From the NCBI GenBank assembly GCA_043228905.1, contig JBHGNT010000016.1, positions 9,052,001-9,116,000 on the forward strand: a stretch of DNA of 64,000 nucleotides, given 5' to 3'. A program made the position numbers and the translations under genes. Each line of letters begins with the position of its first letter. The first letter of the stretch is position 1. Positions 50,675-62,000 of this stretch are shown piece by piece. A model generated the notes under the pieces. It was not told the origin of the DNA, searched no databases, and saw only the letters and a list, made by a program, of their open reading frames with translations. This DNA comes from Azolla caroliniana (taxonomy: Eukaryota; Plantae; Polypodiophyta).

Positions 50675-51093
50675 TGTTATTCTCTGACCGGACAAGGCCT
50701 AACACAAGGTGTCACGAAGACACTTCACCAAAGGGTGATTACGGCATAGGATTAAGATTCAACGATTACACCGACTTACGTAGGTTACACGATTAGAGTG
50801 CTTTGGTTAATTACACGCGTAAGATATAACAGTAATTACAGAACGGAAATCAACACAGAAGTATAAACACCATACGCTCTATTAATTATCCGTTGCGATT
50901 ACAATGGGGTCCGGGCCTTTAAATAGGTTTCCGGCCCGTAGTACAAAATGGTGCATATCGCACCTATTCGGGATCCGTCCGGATCTGGAACGGCATACCG
51001 TTTCCAGTCCGTCCGTCCATACTATGCTTATTTACAACCATACTTAATTAATTCCTTCACTCCGTATTTTGGACTCCTTGCCGGCCGGTAACA
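50675..51093 (-). repeat. 5' LTR of F
   Basis: Direct repeat of 47114-47532; minus-strand TATA-like CCTATTTAAAGG. Confidence 0.95.
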
Positions 51094-51096
51094 CAT

Positions 51097-51395
51097 ATCG
51101 TTGAATCTTAATCCTATGCCGTAATCACCCTTTGGTGAAGTGTCTTCGTGACACCTTGTGTTAGGCCTTGTCCGGTCAGAGAATAACACAGTTTTGGCGA
51201 CCACGATGGGATCCGGGCCTTTAAATAGGTTTCCGGCCCGTAGTACAAAATGGTGCATATCGCACCTATTCGGGATCCGTCTGGATCTGGAACGGCATAC
51301 CGTTTCCAGTCCGTCCGTCCATACTATGCTTATTTACAACCATACTTAATTAATTCCTTCACTCCGTATTTTGGACTCCTTGCCGGCCAGTAACA
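51097..51395. repeat. Inverted copy of 50656-50766 (51097-51207) fused to a partial third LTR (51206-51395)
   Basis: Reverse complement of the PBS plus LTR end, followed by a direct copy of 50904-51093. Confidence 0.92.
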
Positions 51396-52516
51396 ATCGA
51401 CAGGTTCTTGAGAACAATGACGCCGGATGCTTCGTGGACAAAGGAGGAGGCTCTAAGAATCCGGAAGAAAGCTTACCAATACTTTTTGAAGGGAGGATTC
51501 CTTTGGCAACACCCAAAGAGAAGGACAAGAATGCCACGTTGAGTAGTGGTGAAGAGAGAGGACCAAGCAATGCTGATGTTTGAATTCCACGAGAGTCCTT
51601 GGGCGGGTCATAGAGGAACATGGGTGACGTTTGAAAAGCTGAAGGAAAATTACTGGTGGCCGAGATGTACAAAGACTGTCAACCACGTTCGAACATGGGA
51701 AAACTGTCAACCACATTTCATGTCCACATGCGAAAACTGTCAACCACATTCGAACATACATCACCGTGATGAGTTACGACCGACATATCCACCCACCACA
51801 CACTTCAAATGGATGGTGGATCTAGTCTCAATGCCAATGGGAGTGGGACAAATGAAGTACTTGGTACTGGTAAGAGAAGACCTAACAAATCAGGTAGAAG
51901 GATGAGCCTTGGCAAATAAGATGACGTCATCCGTTTGCAAATTTCTACTCGAAGAGGTCGTCTGCCGATATGGATGTGTTGGAAAGATAGTGGATGACCG
52001 AGGGGAGCTGGATGCATGCGAAGCAATGGAGTGCTTCGAGCGACTAGGTGTGAATCTCTCCCTCATGACTGCCTACAATCCGGAAGCAAATGGGAAGATC
52101 GAGCAAGGGCATGGACCAATAGTCAAAGCTATCGTAAGACCATGCAACGGTCGAGTCGGGAACTTGCCGCGACTATTGCCCTATGCATTGTGGGCCGACA
52201 GAACTACGAGCTTATGTATGGGCAGAAGCCGGTAATGCCCATCGAAAAGACGATCGCCTCTTGGATAGAGATACTATGGGAGAATGAGATGACCCGAGAA
52301 GAATTACTAGCGGCACGAATAAGGCAGCTCGAAAGAAGGTCTGAAGATCCAGAAAATGCACGAAAGATAATGGAGGCAACCTGAGTGAAGAACAAGATTT
52401 GGTTCGACAAGACACATCGACTGTGTCCCAAGAAAATCGAAGAAGGAGATTGAGTATTGGTCTACGATAGTAGTCTTGACAACCAACACAGGACAACAAG
52501 GAAGTTCGAAAGAAGG

Positions 52517-52997
52517 CGTCATGACGACACTCACATTTTGTCTGGAAAGGAATTGAACCCACAACCTTGTTATACGCATGTCAAATCCTTAACCATTGTA
52601 ATAACAAGTTTATGTGTATTGTTCTTAGAATATATAATCTAATATCATAAGGATATTCTGAATTACTTTATATTCTAGAATGTCCTAGAGTATTCTAGAG
52701 TGTTCTATATGCTAGAACCTTCTAGAATATGCTATAAACCTTCTAGATTGCTAGATTACCCCATAATATTCTAGAGTGTTCTAGATTACTCTATAGAGAG
52801 TTATAAATAAGGAGTTATCAACCATCCAAAAACCAAATTGGTTCAACGCCATCCTATAGCTCCCTATTGCCTACTATGTGTACTCCATCTTAGATCGCAA
52901 TACAATACTTTCTTTTCAATTCTCTCTTTCTGCCTCATCAATATATCTCTTTCCCTTCTCTCTCTCTCTTTCTTCTCTTTTTCTCTTTGTCTTGACA
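52517..52997 (+). repeat. 5' LTR of G
   Basis: Copy of 57757-58236 with the first base T>C; TATAAATA at 52802. Confidence 0.93.
52715..52727 (+). promoter_or_regulatory. Perfect heat-shock element in the G 5' LTR
   Basis: GAAccTTCtaGAA, about 75 bp upstream of the TATA box, within a CTAGA-rich array. Confidence 0.55.
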
Positions 52998-52999
52998 GT

Positions 53000-53011
53000 T
53001 TGAACCAATTT
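53000..53011 (+). promoter_or_regulatory. Self-priming PBS of G
   Basis: TTGAACCAATTT is the exact reverse complement of AAATTGGTTCAA (52835-52846), 33 bp downstream of the TATA box; no TGG-type tRNA PBS present. Confidence 0.75.
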
Positions 53012-53072
53012 TTTTTCATTTTCTCCCTCTTCCACAAGTTCGCTTATTTCTTCTCCTCTCCCCTCATTCGTC

Positions 53073-56000
53073 ATGGAGTCTGTGAGCAAACAAGAATATA
53101 TCCGTGTTCTCTCCGAGCTCAACATGCTCACGAATAAATTTGTGGCATTAGAGCATGAAAATCAAAGGCTATTGGGCGACCTACAACAAGTGAGTACTGA
53201 AAGAGCTCAACAAGTTGAAGAATTATCACAACGGGTTCACCAACTCGAGGCTACTATATTGTCATTACGGGAACAAGCGTCGGGGGCTCAAAACTCCCCT
53301 CGAGAACCAAAGATTAGTCTCCCTGCCAAATTTGATGGTACGAGGTCTTTATTTTGAGGTTTTCTGAATCAAGTCCGTTTGGTTATTCAGTTACATCCCA
53401 ATCGGTACCCAACTAACACGGCTCGTGAGGGATTAGTGGGAACTTTGTTATGTGGTACATCCTTAGCATAGTTTGCACCACTTCTTGAGAAGAAATCACC
53501 ATTGCTAGATGATTTTGAGGCATTTGTTAAGGAGTTTCAAGCTAGTTTTGGAGACATCAACAACACTAGGACGGCGATAAACAAGATTCGAAGACTCCGG
53601 CAAGGAGATCATCCCGCGTCAGCGTATGCAGCTGATTTTTGTCTTTTGGGATGAGGCGGCTTTAATGGATCAATTCTGTCAAGGTTTGTGTAATGACGTC
53701 AAAGATCTTCTACTTACTTTCCATGAAGATCCGAAGTCTCTAACAAAGGCTATTAGTCGAGCTGTGCGATGTGATAATCGTCTTTTTGAGTGACGTTCTG
53801 AGCGCCAACAAATGTTACGCCGCCAACTAGAACAAACGTATGCTTCCATAGTCGCAACGCCCCCACAAGTTTCCAGACCCGTTACAAGGGATGGCCCAAC
53901 TCCGATGGAAATAGAGACAACACAACGTCGAGGGCCTTTATCCGATGCTGAGAAACAACGACGTCGGGCGCACCGCCTATGTCTATATTGCGGTTGTCTA
54001 GGACATATCGCCGTGAATTGCCCACATAAACCTAGATGTCAAGTATACCAAGTAAGTGCACATGATATTCCTACTTTGAGCTCCATTGTTACTTCTAATA
54101 ACGTCAATAAGTCTAATAGTCCATGCCATGAGAATAGATTCGACGTCTTGAGTCAATTAGAGGATGTGTTAAACGAGTAAGTCCGGCCAAAATAGGAGCC
54201 ATTTGGTTGGACCATCCTAGATATGTAGAGTTAGTCCCTAGCTGTGGTTCCATTTTATCAAGTCAAGTGAGTAGAGTTTTTTCTGCGCAAGTTGAGCTTA
54301 CCACATGTACATGTCATCGAGTTCTAGCCTCTGCCCTCCTAGATTCTGGAGCCAACTCTTGTTTCATGGATCGTGACTTTGCATTGTCACAAAACATCCT
54401 CTTGAATAAGCTCCTGAACCCAGTAGCCGTAGGAGTCATTGATGGCCGTCCCATAGCATCGGGTGATATAGTCGAGGAGTCCGAGCCAATTCGTATAGTT
54501 CTTGGCAATTTGGCAAGCATAATCTCTTTCAACATTATTCGTAGTCCAGAACACCTAATAGTTCTAGGTCTCCCTTGGTTTGAACTCCATAACCCGAAGA
54601 TTGATTGGATGAAAAGAATAATTGAGGAGACCCAAGAATAAAGAACAAAGGTCACATCCCTCAAATCTCCGACATTTGATACTAGACCCCATAAGTTATC
54701 TACCATCTCTCTATGTCAATTACGTGAGGAAGGGGGGACTGAGGATATGTTTGTCTTCGCAATAGTGGCAACTCCGTCATCCACCTTACATGAAGGGAAC
54801 ATTCAACTACCAGATAAATACAAAGAGTTTTCAGATGTCTTTGATAAGGTGAAGGCCAATACATTGCCAGAGCATCGGCCATACGACTGCCCTATTGACT
54901 TGCAACCGGGGAAAGAACCTCCATGGGGCCCAATTTATAATCTTTCCCCTGTAGAGCTAGAGACTTTGCGGGAATATATCGATGAGAATCTCGCAAATGG
55001 ATTCATTCGGCATTCTAGATCCCCTGCTAGTGCACCTATCTTCTTCGTTAAGAAAAAGAATGGGTCTCTTAGGTTGGTCGTGGATTATTGAGGGCTAAAC
55101 AAAGTGACCATCCGGAATCGATATGCTTTACCGTTAATCCCGAATCTTTTGGAACGTCTTGGTGGAGCAAAATATTTCACAAAGTTGGACCTTCGTGGTG
55201 CATATAATCTAGTTCGGATTCATCTAGGGGATGAATGGAAGACTGCTTTTCGCACTCGCTATGGACATTTTGAGTATACTGTGATGCCATTCGGACTCAC
55301 GAATGCACCTGCAGTTTTCTAGCATATGGCAAATGATATTTTTCGAGATTTTCTCGATATCTTCACTATAGTTTACCTAGATGACATTTTGATCTATTCG
55401 AAGACCCAAGAGGAACATGATGAACATGTTCGTCAGGTACTACGTCGGCTACGAGAATATGGTCTCTATGCAAAATTAGAAAAGTGGAATTTTTGGGGTA
55501 TGTTGTATCCTTAGATGGTATTTCTATGGACCCCATGAAGGTTCAAGCAATTCTAGAGTGGCAGACGACATGCAATGTTTTCTCGGGTTTGCAAACTTTT
55601 ATCGGAAATTTATTAAAAATTATTTTAAGGTCGTGCTTCCGCTCACTCAACTCACACAAAAATCAACCATTCATTTGGAGTTCGGATGCAGCCAAGGCAT
55701 TTGAAAGTTTAAAACAGGCGTTTACAACGGCACCGATATTAGCACATGTCGACCCAACAAAACGCTTCATCCTTGAAGCTGATGCATCCGATTTTGAACT
55801 AGGAAGTGTCTTGTCGTAGACTGGAGATGACGGAGAGCTACATCCTATCGCCTTTCATTCCCAAAAGTTTGAAACTGCAGAGATCAACTACAAGATCCAT
55901 GGCAAAGAACTTCTTGCAATCATGGACTCTTTTCTACAATGGCGACATTTTCTAGAAGGCTCTTCTCAGCAAATCATTGTCTACAATGATCATAAGAACT

Positions 56001-57710
56001 TGACATATTTCCAAAATGCTCGAGTCCCGAGTCGGCGACAAGCCCGGTGGGCGCAACTTTTGACTCACTTTGACTTTGTAATCATATATCACCCTGGGAT
56101 GCAACAAGGTAAAGAAGATGCGCTTTCTCGACACTATTATATGGAACTTCGTCCAAGGGAACCTGCATTTGAGCATAAAAAACAAATCCTTTTGGGTCCT
56201 AATTGCCTACGATTAATGGTAGTTAATGCCATAACAACACTTGAAGATTCCACTCTTCTTGATTCCATTCGAGATCATATGGCCACTGATGAATTTGCCA
56301 AGGAGGTTTTGGATCATATTGTCCCAGATCGTGCTTCTAGTTCGCAGTTGAAAAACCCTCATCAGGACTATCGTTTGTTCTATTGGCATGGTGGTTTTCT
56401 ATTTCGACAAAACCTATTGTATGTTCCTGATGGTCCCCCACGACTACAAGTTCTACAACATTTCCATGACTCACCAATGGCTGGACATTTTGGAGTTCGC
56501 AAAACTCTAGAATTAGTTTCTCGACAATATTGGTGGCCTCTCCTTCGTCATTTTGTTGGGGAGTATGTTCGCAACTGTGATACCTGTTGTCGATCTAAGA
56601 GTCCTCACCACCGATCCTATGGCTTACTACAACCACTTCCCATTCTGGAAAATCCTTGGAAGTCTATATCCTTGGATTTCATTACCGATCTCCTAGTTTC
56701 AAAAGGTTATGATGCAATTCTCACAGTGGTTGATCGACTTACCAAAATGGCACATTTCGTGCCATGTATGAAGTCTATTACTAGTCAAGAGGTGGTTGAT
56801 CTAGTTATGCGGGAGGTATTTAAGCACCATGGTCTTCCAGATGATATTATTAGTGATCGGGGTCAACAATTTATTTCAAAGTTTTGGAAGCATATACTCA
56901 AACTTCTCCAATTTTCGGCTAAGCTTTCTTCGGGCTATCATCCTGAGACTTACGGCCAAACTGAGCGTACCAACCAGACATTGGAGCAATATCTTCGTTG
57001 TGTCATTAACTACCAACAAGATGATTGGGTTGATTTTCTGCACTTGGCTGAATTCACTTACAACAACGCGGTCCATTCTTCTACGGGTTATTCCCCATTT
57101 TTCGCAAATACGGGCCACCATCCTCGGTGGACAATGCATACGCATCCACAAGTGCCTACCAACCCTGCTGCTGCGGATCGTCTTAGTTGCCTCCAAGAAA
57201 TTCATGCTGCTATTCTTCACAATTTACATGATGCACAAGTTACACACAAGAGGCTTGTGGATCGTCATCGCCTTAGATTCCTCCAAAAAATTCTGTGTTT
57301 GGGATCGTGTATGGCTTCTCCAACACAACATCAAGGCTACTCGGCCTTGTGGTAAATTGGATTACCAATGTTTTGGCCCATACATGATCACTGGTAAGAT
57401 AAGTGATGTTGCATATCGTCTTGGCCTCCCTCCGGTCTTCCATGTATCCCTTTTAGAACCTTACACTAGCAGTTCAATTCCGGGCTGTATTACAACTCCT
57501 CCGCCACCAGTTGCGTTCTTGGAAGGACCCGAATTTAAGGTTGCCACCATTCTCGATTCTAAAATCGTGCGCAACAAGTTGTATTAGTTGGTTGATTGGT
57601 TGGGCTATACCCCCAACGATCGAACTTGGGAACCTGCTGCAAATCTTTCCAATGCCGTGGACATGGTCACCATATTTCATCGCGAATATCCTCATAAACT
57701 AGGTCCTACT
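53073..57710 (+). pseudogene. gag-pol of G (many stops and frameshifts)
   Basis: Fragments 53073-53357, 53812-54180 (CLYCGCLGHIAVNC), 54207-54641, 54747-55514 and 55922-57355. Confidence 0.9.
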
Positions 57711-57756
57711 ATGAATCTTACGACCCGTGAGACGTGTCGTCGAAGAAGGGGGATAA

Positions 57757-58236
57757 TGTCATGACGACACTCACATTTTGTCTGGAAAGGAATTGAACCC
57801 ACAACCTTATTATACGCATGTCAAATCCTTAACCATTGTAATAACAAGTTTATGTGTATTGTTTTTAGAATATATAATCTAATATCATAAGGATATTCTG
57901 AATTACTTTATATTCTAGAATGTCCTAGAGTATTCTAGAGTGTTCTATATGCTAGACCTTTTAGAATACGCTATAAACCTTCTAGATTACTAGATTACCC
58001 CATAATATTCTAGAGTGTTCTAGATTACTCTATAGAGAGTTATAAATAAGGAGTTATCAACCATCCAAAAACCAAATTGGTTCAACGCCATCCTATAGCT
58101 CCCTATTGCCTACTATGTGTACTCCATCTTAGATCGCAATACAATACTTTCTTTTCAATTCTCTCTTTCTGCCTCATCAATATATCTCGTTACCTTTTTT
58201 CTCTCTCTTTCTTCTCTTTTTATCTTTGTCTTGACA
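57757..58236 (+). repeat. 3' LTR of G
   Basis: TGTCATGACG...CTTGACA, following the PPT. Confidence 0.93.
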
Positions 58237-58534
58237 TAAGGTGGTTTGGACCGTATGTGGTGAAGAGTGCCAACGACAATGCCACCTACCACCTTGCAGA
58301 GCTAGACGGATCAAGGTTGGCCATACCCATTGTGGGGAAAAGAGTAAAGATCTTCAAGAAAAGACAAAATGAGAGTCCTGACCTCGATGACCTCAACAAT
58401 AAAGATGGTAGGACGGAACCCGCGAACATGAGCGAGGTTAATGAGGACGTGGAGGAATCAAATTGATCACTGGAACCGAAATCTCACACTCTCTTTTTGG
58501 CACGTACTGGAGGACGTGCGGTTTGGTGGGGCTG

Positions 58535-59008
58535 TGTTAAGAGTCTATTACTAATCAATAGACCAAATCAAGTAAAAAGGAAGAAAATAGATTGGATAGA
58601 AGAACCCGTTCCACCCGACCACCCCCGAGCTATGATCTAGACATAGCCAACCTACCACCGACGTCCCATACCGCCGGATATTAGGATGACTAATACCTTG
58701 GAAGAGATAAACACGATCGTCGAGACGAAAGCCTAGCCCACACCACCGGTGTCTACGACAGCAGCCTTCCGACGTGATGATCCTTATGAGAGTAGCTAAG
58801 CCTCATATTTATACCTTTTCCTAGGCCCCTTGAATAGATGTGCCTTTCTAAAAGGCTCTCTATTCATTGGTTGTCTAAATCATGATAGTGCATGCACATA
58901 TCATTCATTCTATCCAATCATTAGTCCCCTTTTTAATAATAGTGAACATACCCTTCACTAATGTAAATATTAGTGACCTACCCTCACCAACGTTATGTGT
59001 ACATAACA
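58535..59008 (-). repeat. Putative 3' LTR of chromovirus copy 2
   Basis: Minus-strand PPT AAGTAGGGGAG followed by TGTTATG...; probable end ...CTTAACA at 58535. No second copy in the window. Confidence 0.65.
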
Positions 59009-59015
59009 TACTCCC

Positions 59016-62000
59016 CTACTTCAAAAGATTGCACTCTTGCAATATAAAGTGAGGAAATTGTGCCTTAAGCGAATGCTCGCGTTCCCATGTGGCATCATCA
59101 ATAGGTTTATCCATCCATTTGATCTTGAATAGCCGAATCTCTTTAGAACGTAAACGTTTAGTACGAGAATCAAGAATTCGTTCAGGAACATGAGATTTGT
59201 AAGAAAAATCCTCTAATGTTACAAGATCTTGGATTGTGATGGTGTTATCACCAGAGCCTAAAAATGGTTTTAGACGACTGACGTGAAAAACAGGATGAAT
59301 ACCAACGTTACGAGGTAAGGCAAGGTGATAAGCAGATGACCCAACTCGCTTAAGGATTTCAAATGGGCCACAATATCGTGGGGCTAACTTAGCGCACTTG
59401 CCCGTAGATAATGACATAGAATCAGTCGGGACACGCAAAAAAACTTTTTGACTAATAGTAAATGCACGAGGACGTCTATCCTAATCAGCATAAAATCGAG
59501 CACGATCTTGAGCTGTCTTGACATTTTCTTTGGCAATATGCAACATTTGGTTCATGTCTTGCAAAAAATTGCGTGTACTGTCTAATGTATCACGATGAAT
59601 CGTGACATCAACTGGGGCACGTGGCTGAAAACCATACATCAACATAAAAGGACTATATCCAGTGGATGTATGTTTAGAGCTATTATAGGCAAATTCTAAG
59701 ATAGGAAGGTATTGCTCCCACTTAGAAGGGGTTTTTGCTACATAAGCTCGAAGCATGTCCTCAATAATTTGATTAACTCGTTCAGTTTGTCCATTAGACT
59801 GAGGATGATCTGCGGAACTCATGCTCAACGTAGTTTCTAGTTTCTTAAAGACCTGAGTCCAAAAGTCACTAGTAAACTTGGAATCTCGATCACTAACAAT
59901 ATCCATCGGTAATCCATAAAAACGAAATAACTCATCAACAAATTGATAAGCCAATTGTTGAGCGGTTACCGTGGTTTTTGTAGGAATAAATCTAGCTAAT
60001 TTTGTTAGCCTGTCAACGACAACCCATATGGCATCATGACCCCTCTGTGTACGAGGTAAACTAACAATAAAATCCATCGAGATACTTTCCCATTTATTGT
60101 TGGGAATATCTAAGGGATGTAAAAGACCAGCAGCTTTAAGTCGTTCCGACTTATTAATCTGACATTGTAAGCATTGAGTTACGTATTTATGCACGTCAGA
60201 GCGCATCTTAGGCCAGAAAAAAGTACACGAGATGAGAACGAGTGTGCGTTGTATTCCAGGATGACCAGCAGATGGTGCATCATGACATTCATGAAAAATT
60301 TTCTGTTTAACATTTGGTAAATCTGGAACACAGACCTTTCCACTACGGTAGAGCAAACCGTTTGTAATGTGAAAGGTCGCCTTCGAGGGTAGGGTGCTAG
60401 TATCGGCATCTAAACCAGATTCGGCTTTCGTCCAGTATTTTGAGAAATAACTGTCATTAAGGTATTTCCCTCGAAGGTGATCTAAAAGATCAGATTTTAT
60501 TTCCGTGAAGCTAAGCATGTTAACTTCTTTAATGCGACTAAGAGCATCAGCAACGGTGTTCATAGAACCCTTGCGATATCGTATGGAAAAATCAAAATCT
60601 TGCATAAGGTCAGCCCAACGGCCTTTACGACCAACAAGATCGGGCTGGTCACAAAAATACTTTAATGATTGATGGTCTGTTGTAACCACAAATTTATTTC
60701 CATAGAGATAGTGCCTCCATGTTTTAAGTGCGTGTATCACCGCAAACAACTCTTTCTCTTGAACCGAATACCGAGATTGAGCAGCATCAAGCTTCTTACT
60801 TTCAAAAGCAATAGGGTGACCACCTTGATAAAGAACGGCACCAATAGCATAATCACTAGCATCGGTTTCAATTGAGAAAGGCTTAGAAGGGTCTGGTAAT
60901 AGAAGAGTGGGAGCCTAACACACATGCTCCTTGAGTGTCTCAAATGATTTGTCAAGTTGTTCATTCCATGAAATTGGTTTGACAGACTTACGTGGATGAC
61001 CTTTTAAAAGGTCAGTTAATGGCGTAGTCAATTTGGAATAGTTACGAATTGATTTTCGTAAAAATCCAACAAACCCTAAGAATGATCTAAGTTCACGAAT
61101 ATTACGAGGAATGGGCCAAAGTTTAACCTTTTCAATACGAGAAGGTTCAATTTCAACGCCATTTTCTGTAATTAAATGACCTAGGTACACAATAGATTTT
61201 TAGAAGAAGTCACATTTTGAATGTTTTGCATAGAAAGAGTTGTCACGCAACTTTCGCAAAACAAATCGAACATGTTGAACATGATCTTGCAAGGTACGGC
61301 TATATATCAAAATATCATCCAAGAAGACGACAACAAAATCACCGAGTTGATCTCGGAAAACATCATTCATCGCTTGTTGGAATGTGGCTGGAGCATTAGT
61401 CAACCCAAATGGCATGACTAAAAACTCATAATGGCCATAGCGCGTACGAAAAGCGGTTTTAGGAATATCATCCTCGGCGATGCGAATCTGATGATAACCA
61501 GTTCGTAAGTCAATTTTCGTAAAATATCGAGCCCCGTGCAAACGATCAATCAAATCATTGGCACGAGGTAATGGATATGCATTCTTAATTGTCATTTTAT
61601 TCAAACGGCGATAATTGATACACATTCGCCACGAACCTTCCTTCTTCTTGACTAATAGAACTGGCGCACCCCAAGGTGATTTACTATACCTAATGTGGCC
61701 CATACTCAAGTATTCCTTAAGTTGTTTAGCGATCTCATCCTCTTCTAATCGACTAAGTCGGTAAGGTGGAATGCTCACAGGAGCAGCCCCAGGGATGAGT
61801 TCAATTTGATGGTCCACATTACGTTTAGGTGGTAAAGTAAGCGGTAATTCAGTAGGAAACACATCTTGAAAATCCTCTAAAATAGAGTCGAGTAATCGTT
61901 GCTCAAAATGTGGTAATTGTGTGGCGTCAATATTAAAATAATAAAATTGAACCGCAGGATCAATTACACACGAATAAATTAATGAACTAGAATACTCACT

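Larger units (their letters stand above)
47114..51395 (-). mobile_element. Young pol-less LTR element F (gag plus coiled-coil ORF) with rearranged right end
   Basis: 419-bp LTRs at 47114-47532 and 50675-51093 (two differences seen); TSD ATCGG/ATCGA; removing it restores E's frame WLLIG|RFLRTMT. Confidence 0.92.
52517..58236 (+). mobile_element. Full-length degraded chromovirus G (Tf1/sushi/Tcn1-like) inserted in E integrase
   Basis: ~480-bp LTRs at 52517-52997 and 57757-58236; TSD GAAGG/TAAGG; gag EPKISLPAKFDG, protease LLDSGA, RT VYLDD, IN, chromodomain remnant (ILDSKIVRNKLY..WLGY..TWEP); PPT GAAGAAGGGGGA. Confidence 0.93.
42275..58534 (+). mobile_element. Degraded Ty3/gypsy element E (non-chromovirus), host of F and G
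   Basis: gag (FDGRNITKF, CVWCDNMDHMRRAC), protease ALIDHGS, RT LPQGATNS..PFLDD, RH IETDC; downstream pol/integrase split at 47113/51401 and 52516/58242. 5' LTR start uncertain. Confidence 0.85.
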
